This document shows, in pieces, positions 60,971 through 64,000 of a DNA stretch of 64,000 nt. This stretch comes from Candidatus Woesebacteria bacterium RIFCSPLOWO2_01_FULL_39_23. GTDB taxonomy: Bacteria; Patescibacteriota; Microgenomatia; UBA8517. The notes beneath the pieces are model-generated. The model saw only the letters and a list, made by a program, of their open reading frames with translations, searched no databases and was not told the DNA's origin. Both the position numbers and the translations under genes were made by a program. Position 1 is the first letter of the stretch. Each line of letters opens with the position of its first letter. The DNA is taken from the NCBI GenBank assembly GCA_001793095.1, contig MGHG01000009.1, positions 221,849-285,848 of the forward strand. Reading direction: 5' to 3'.

Positions 60971-62259
60971 TAGCCACGATTATATCTCTTTAGTTTTAAC
61001 ACATTCAACTTGATGAATAGAAAAACAAAAACGAGCAAATTAATTACTGCTATTATATTCATAAAGAGCATGTTTTTATATAAATTCTCCAAAGATGTAA
61101 ATGAGGGTGCCCAGAATAAATAATAAATGTTAGCCAGGTGTGTTAAAGAAAGAATTATATAAGGTGTAATTAGTGTCGGAAGAAACGCCAAAGTAACGGT
61201 CGCATATGGGAAAAAGGGGTATAAATACCTCGGATGAATTCTGGTCATAAAAAGAAAGGAAATTAAACTACTCATCGCCAGAAGTAAAAATATATTTTTA
61301 GGAATCAAACTTTTTCTCAGGTAATAAATGGCCAAAATAACAAGCATCAAAAAAATCATCAAGCCATATGTTCTTGCTGATATTCCTAAAAATTGCGTCG
61401 AGTCTAGCACTCTCCCGGGACTAATAAGCCACCAGAAATTAAAGGCATTTGCGGTCAAAAAACCAATCTCACCCGGCAAGATTCTGTCTTGATACAATTT
61501 AACGAACCACATGGGAAAATCTGAATATGGGTGGAACCAAATTCCTATAGTAATAACTGTGGCTAACGACATAATAATTGCTTTAAGCCAAGAATTAAGT
61601 TTATGTTTTTGCATGATTGCAACCATTCCGAGTACGGGCATAAAAACAGCCAACGATGCCTTAAAAAGAAAACTTAAGGTAAAAAATAATGCAAATCGAA
61701 GAAGATTATTGTTGAGCAATGCAAAAACAGCCAGTAATCCGAAGAGATTTACAATCGCATCTGTCTGCCCCCACACAGCGGAGTTATACCATGTAAGCGG
61801 ATTAAATAGCCAAATCGCTGATAATAAAACCGCCAATCTGCTCTTGTTGGTTTTGTGGATGATATAACGATAAATCATCCATCCGATACACAAGTCTGCA
61901 AAAATACTCGGAAGTTTGACCAAAAGTGTCATGCCTCTTTGCTCCCAAAACCATATAAATGCAGATGGGAAAAATCTAAAGCTATCATTTAGATTTAAAG
62001 CAAGAGCATAAACAACTTTCCAGATACCACTTAAAGCTGTGAACATTAAAATATAGAGAGGTGGTTGATTTGGTTGAGAGTATGGCCATCCACCGGTAGG
62101 AATTTTATCGTATAGGCCATTTAAACCCCTCTGAAGGGCGATACCACCCCAGGATATATTGTTATTCAAATCCCCGTGATAAGCACTAAAGATAAGCGAA
62201 AGTCTTAAGACAAAGGCTAAAGCTAAGACAAAAAATAGGTATTTTTTAGATAACGGCAT
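60970..62259 (-). CDS. GT-C fold glycosyltransferase (GT87/ALG6/PIG-M-like)
   Basis: HGDL...W, NQPPLY, KLPSIFADL, FNP....SAVWGQTD, NAFNFW, IHPRYLYP. Confidence 0.85.
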   Translation of the reverse strand: MPLSKKYLFFVLALAFVLRLSLIFSAYHGDLNNNISWGGIALQRGLNGLYDKIPTGGWPYSQPNQPPLYILMFTALSGIWKVVYALALNLNDSFRFFPSAFIWFWEQRGMTLLVKLPSIFADLCIGWMIYRYIIHKTNKSRLAVLLSAIWLFNPLTWYNSAVWGQTDAIVNLFGLLAVFALLNNNLLRFALFFTLSFLFKASLAVFMPVLGMVAIMQKHKLNSWLKAIIMSLATVITIGIWFHPYSDFPMWFVKLYQDRILPGEIGFLTANAFNFWWLISPGRVLDSTQFLGISARTYGLMIFLMLVILAIYYLRKSLIPKNIFLLLAMSSLISFLFMTRIHPRYLYPFFPYATVTLAFLPTLITPYIILSLTHLANIYYLFWAPSFTSLENLYKNMLFMNIIAVINLLVFVFLFIKLNVLKLKRYNRG

Positions 62260-62262
62260 TGA

Positions 62263-63975
62263 TCAAAGGTCTTTTCCTTCCACAATTAAATACGCAGGTC
62301 TTCCGCTCGGGTAGTAGATGGTTTTTATTGCGGGAACGTTATACTTAAATTCGTCGGGTTTACCTACCACAAGCACGTTTTTGTCCCTGTATGACGAGTT
62401 AATACTCCCAAAAATATATTTTCCCAATCTGTAACCATCTAACTGATCTAAAAATTTATAACCATTTTGTTCATAGACCAACCAGCTTTTAGATTCATTT
62501 TGATAATCTACTGGATCCCATTTTTCAAAAAAAGCAATCCAGATATTAGGAACCGAAAGTGTCCGACTCACAACAATATTGTCGTATCGGTATTCTATAC
62601 TAGCAACATACTTCACCGTCTCTTTTATACCATAATGCATACTCTCAGCACTTTGTACTGGTGCATGATAAATATAATTCTCCGTAAACTTGGCAATATT
62701 AAAAATTGCTAAAAGACTAAAAATACCAATCAGAACATATTTGAAAGTTAAAGGCCTGATGCTGTTTTTTAAACCTATCCATAACACGAATGCACCATAT
62801 GCAGAAATAACCTGAATTGCAGGCATCATCAACGCAGCCCGATTTGCAGCGTACCCAGGACCTTTGGTTAATGCTGCAGGTATTGGCGAAAGAATAAGCC
62901 ATAATAAGAAAAAATTCATATATTTAAAACCACGCTCCCTAACAAAAGCGATAAGCGCAGCAAACACAAAAACAGATTCGAATAAGTACAAAACCCCCTG
63001 ACCGGGAATCATCCCGTAGGTCCACTCTCCCGCTCCCTGAATAAACAAATAGTACGGAGATATGTAGGTAAAATAATTAGTTGTAAAAAGTTCAAAGACG
63101 TAGACGGCTTTATTTGAAAAAACCCTGGATATTAAATCGGGTAGTCCCTGAAGGTATGCAACGTAGCGCCTATCCGCAACTGCCTGCCACTTGTCGGTCG
63201 GGTTTAATATTGTCACGTCCAGGGGGCGTGCTGAGGCTTTACCGATTGTTGAAAAACATGCCGGAATAATAAATAAAAGTAATGTTACTGTCGATATAAC
63301 AACCCAAGTTCGATATTTTTTTTCTCTAACTAATTTCATTAACGCTTCGGCGTTTACATAGATCAGAAGTGCTAACATCGGGGGTACAAAAAATCTTGCG
63401 GCATGATAACTGAAAAGACTCAGGCCGAATGTTAAAGCGGATACAACTAACCATTTAGGATTACGTAACCCCTTCCAAAAAGAATAAATCCCAAACGGTA
63501 TAAAAAAAGTTGTTAAATTTGCTTCAAACGCGCCCCTGGATAAAGGTAGGTGCCATGGTGAAACTGCCAAGAGAGTAGCTGCCAGAATTTCCAAATTCCA
63601 TCCGCCGGTTGGCGGACCGATTTCCAATTTACTGTCACCCCTTCTTAACTCTTTGACCAGCAGATAAGTAGCGTATATGGCTAACGTACCAATTACGGCA
63701 TTAGGTAGCCGCACGGCAAATTCATTAAGTCCGAATAACGCAATTGATGGAACCGCAAGGTATGAGTATAGCGGCAGTTTAAAATCACCAAACGAGCGCA
63801 ATGATAACGGCAGGTATTCTCCCCAGGAATCGCGTCCTGTTTTTAAAATAGAATAAGCATCATAACCTATCCCCGCCTCATCCTGGGTAAATCCTGTCGG
63901 ATAAGATGTTAAGTTATACACTCTTAAAAAAAATCCCAGTGCAATTATAAAAAAAAGGAACGTTTTAGCTTTCAT
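62263..63975 (-). CDS. ArnT/PMT_2-like GT-C glycosyltransferase (paralog set P)
   Basis: QDEAGIGYDAYSILKTGRDSWG, FGDFKLPLY, VRLP, SPWHLPLSRGAFE. Confidence 0.88.
   Translation of the reverse strand: MKAKTFLFFIIALGFFLRVYNLTSYPTGFTQDEAGIGYDAYSILKTGRDSWGEYLPLSLRSFGDFKLPLYSYLAVPSIALFGLNEFAVRLPNAVIGTLAIYATYLLVKELRRGDSKLEIGPPTGGWNLEILAATLLAVSPWHLPLSRGAFEANLTTFFIPFGIYSFWKGLRNPKWLVVSALTFGLSLFSYHAARFFVPPMLALLIYVNAEALMKLVREKKYRTWVVISTVTLLLFIIPACFSTIGKASARPLDVTILNPTDKWQAVADRRYVAYLQGLPDLISRVFSNKAVYVFELFTTNYFTYISPYYLFIQGAGEWTYGMIPGQGVLYLFESVFVFAALIAFVRERGFKYMNFFLLWLILSPIPAALTKGPGYAANRAALMMPAIQVISAYGAFVLWIGLKNSIRPLTFKYVLIGIFSLLAIFNIAKFTENYIYHAPVQSAESMHYGIKETVKYVASIEYRYDNIVVSRTLSVPNIWIAFFEKWDPVDYQNESKSWLVYEQNGYKFLDQLDGYRLGKYIFGSINSSYRDKNVLVVGKPDEFKYNVPAIKTIYYPSGRPAYLIVEGKDL
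63586..63630. repeat. Family-C hairpin nested in an ATTTCCA-type heptamer tract, in frame
   Basis: aatttccaaattcca-TCCGCC-GGTT-GGCGGA-ccgatttccaattt; encodes KLEIGPPTGGWNLEI. Confidence 0.8.
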
Positions 63976-64000
63976 CGGCTTATTTCTGTATAGACATAAA

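Noticed and set aside
49324-63975. Diversity-generating retroelement acting on the paralogs
   Set aside because: No reverse transcriptase in the window and no near-identical TR/VR pair with adenine-specific differences seen

Overview
The window is one continuous surface-glycan locus of about 59 genes, 55 of them on the minus strand and mostly abutting or overlapping. Gene content and style suggest a Patescibacteria/CPR (Microgenomates-like) genome; this is an inference. It encodes a priming phosphoglycosyltransferase, ManC, Gmd/Fcl, a Wzx flippase, a Wzy/WaaL-type protein, 7 GT4 and 7 GT2 enzymes, 6 SAM methyltransferases, an acetyltransferase and about 18 polytopic GT-C-fold transferases, including PIG-V-like and GT87/ALG6-like ones. 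Over these genes lies a layer of small repeats. (1) A RAYT/Y1 HUH transposase (44979-45659) is flanked by 24-bp direct repeats built on AAGGT-NNN-ACCTT. The same motif lies in frame inside the transposase itself and inside two glycosyltransferases. (2) At least three other palindrome families and many 7-bp-period tracts are translated in frame in glycan enzymes. (3) A 106-bp non-autonomous IS200/IS605 element (56067-56172) inserted into a start codon, rebuilt the ATG, and supplied an SD sequence and a new C-terminus for the upstream gene. Two adjacent metabolic genes next to the RAYT each carry a single lesion. Six genes have a -10 box exactly 6 nt before the start codon, consistent with leaderless internal promoters. 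No rRNA, tRNA or CRISPR array was seen.
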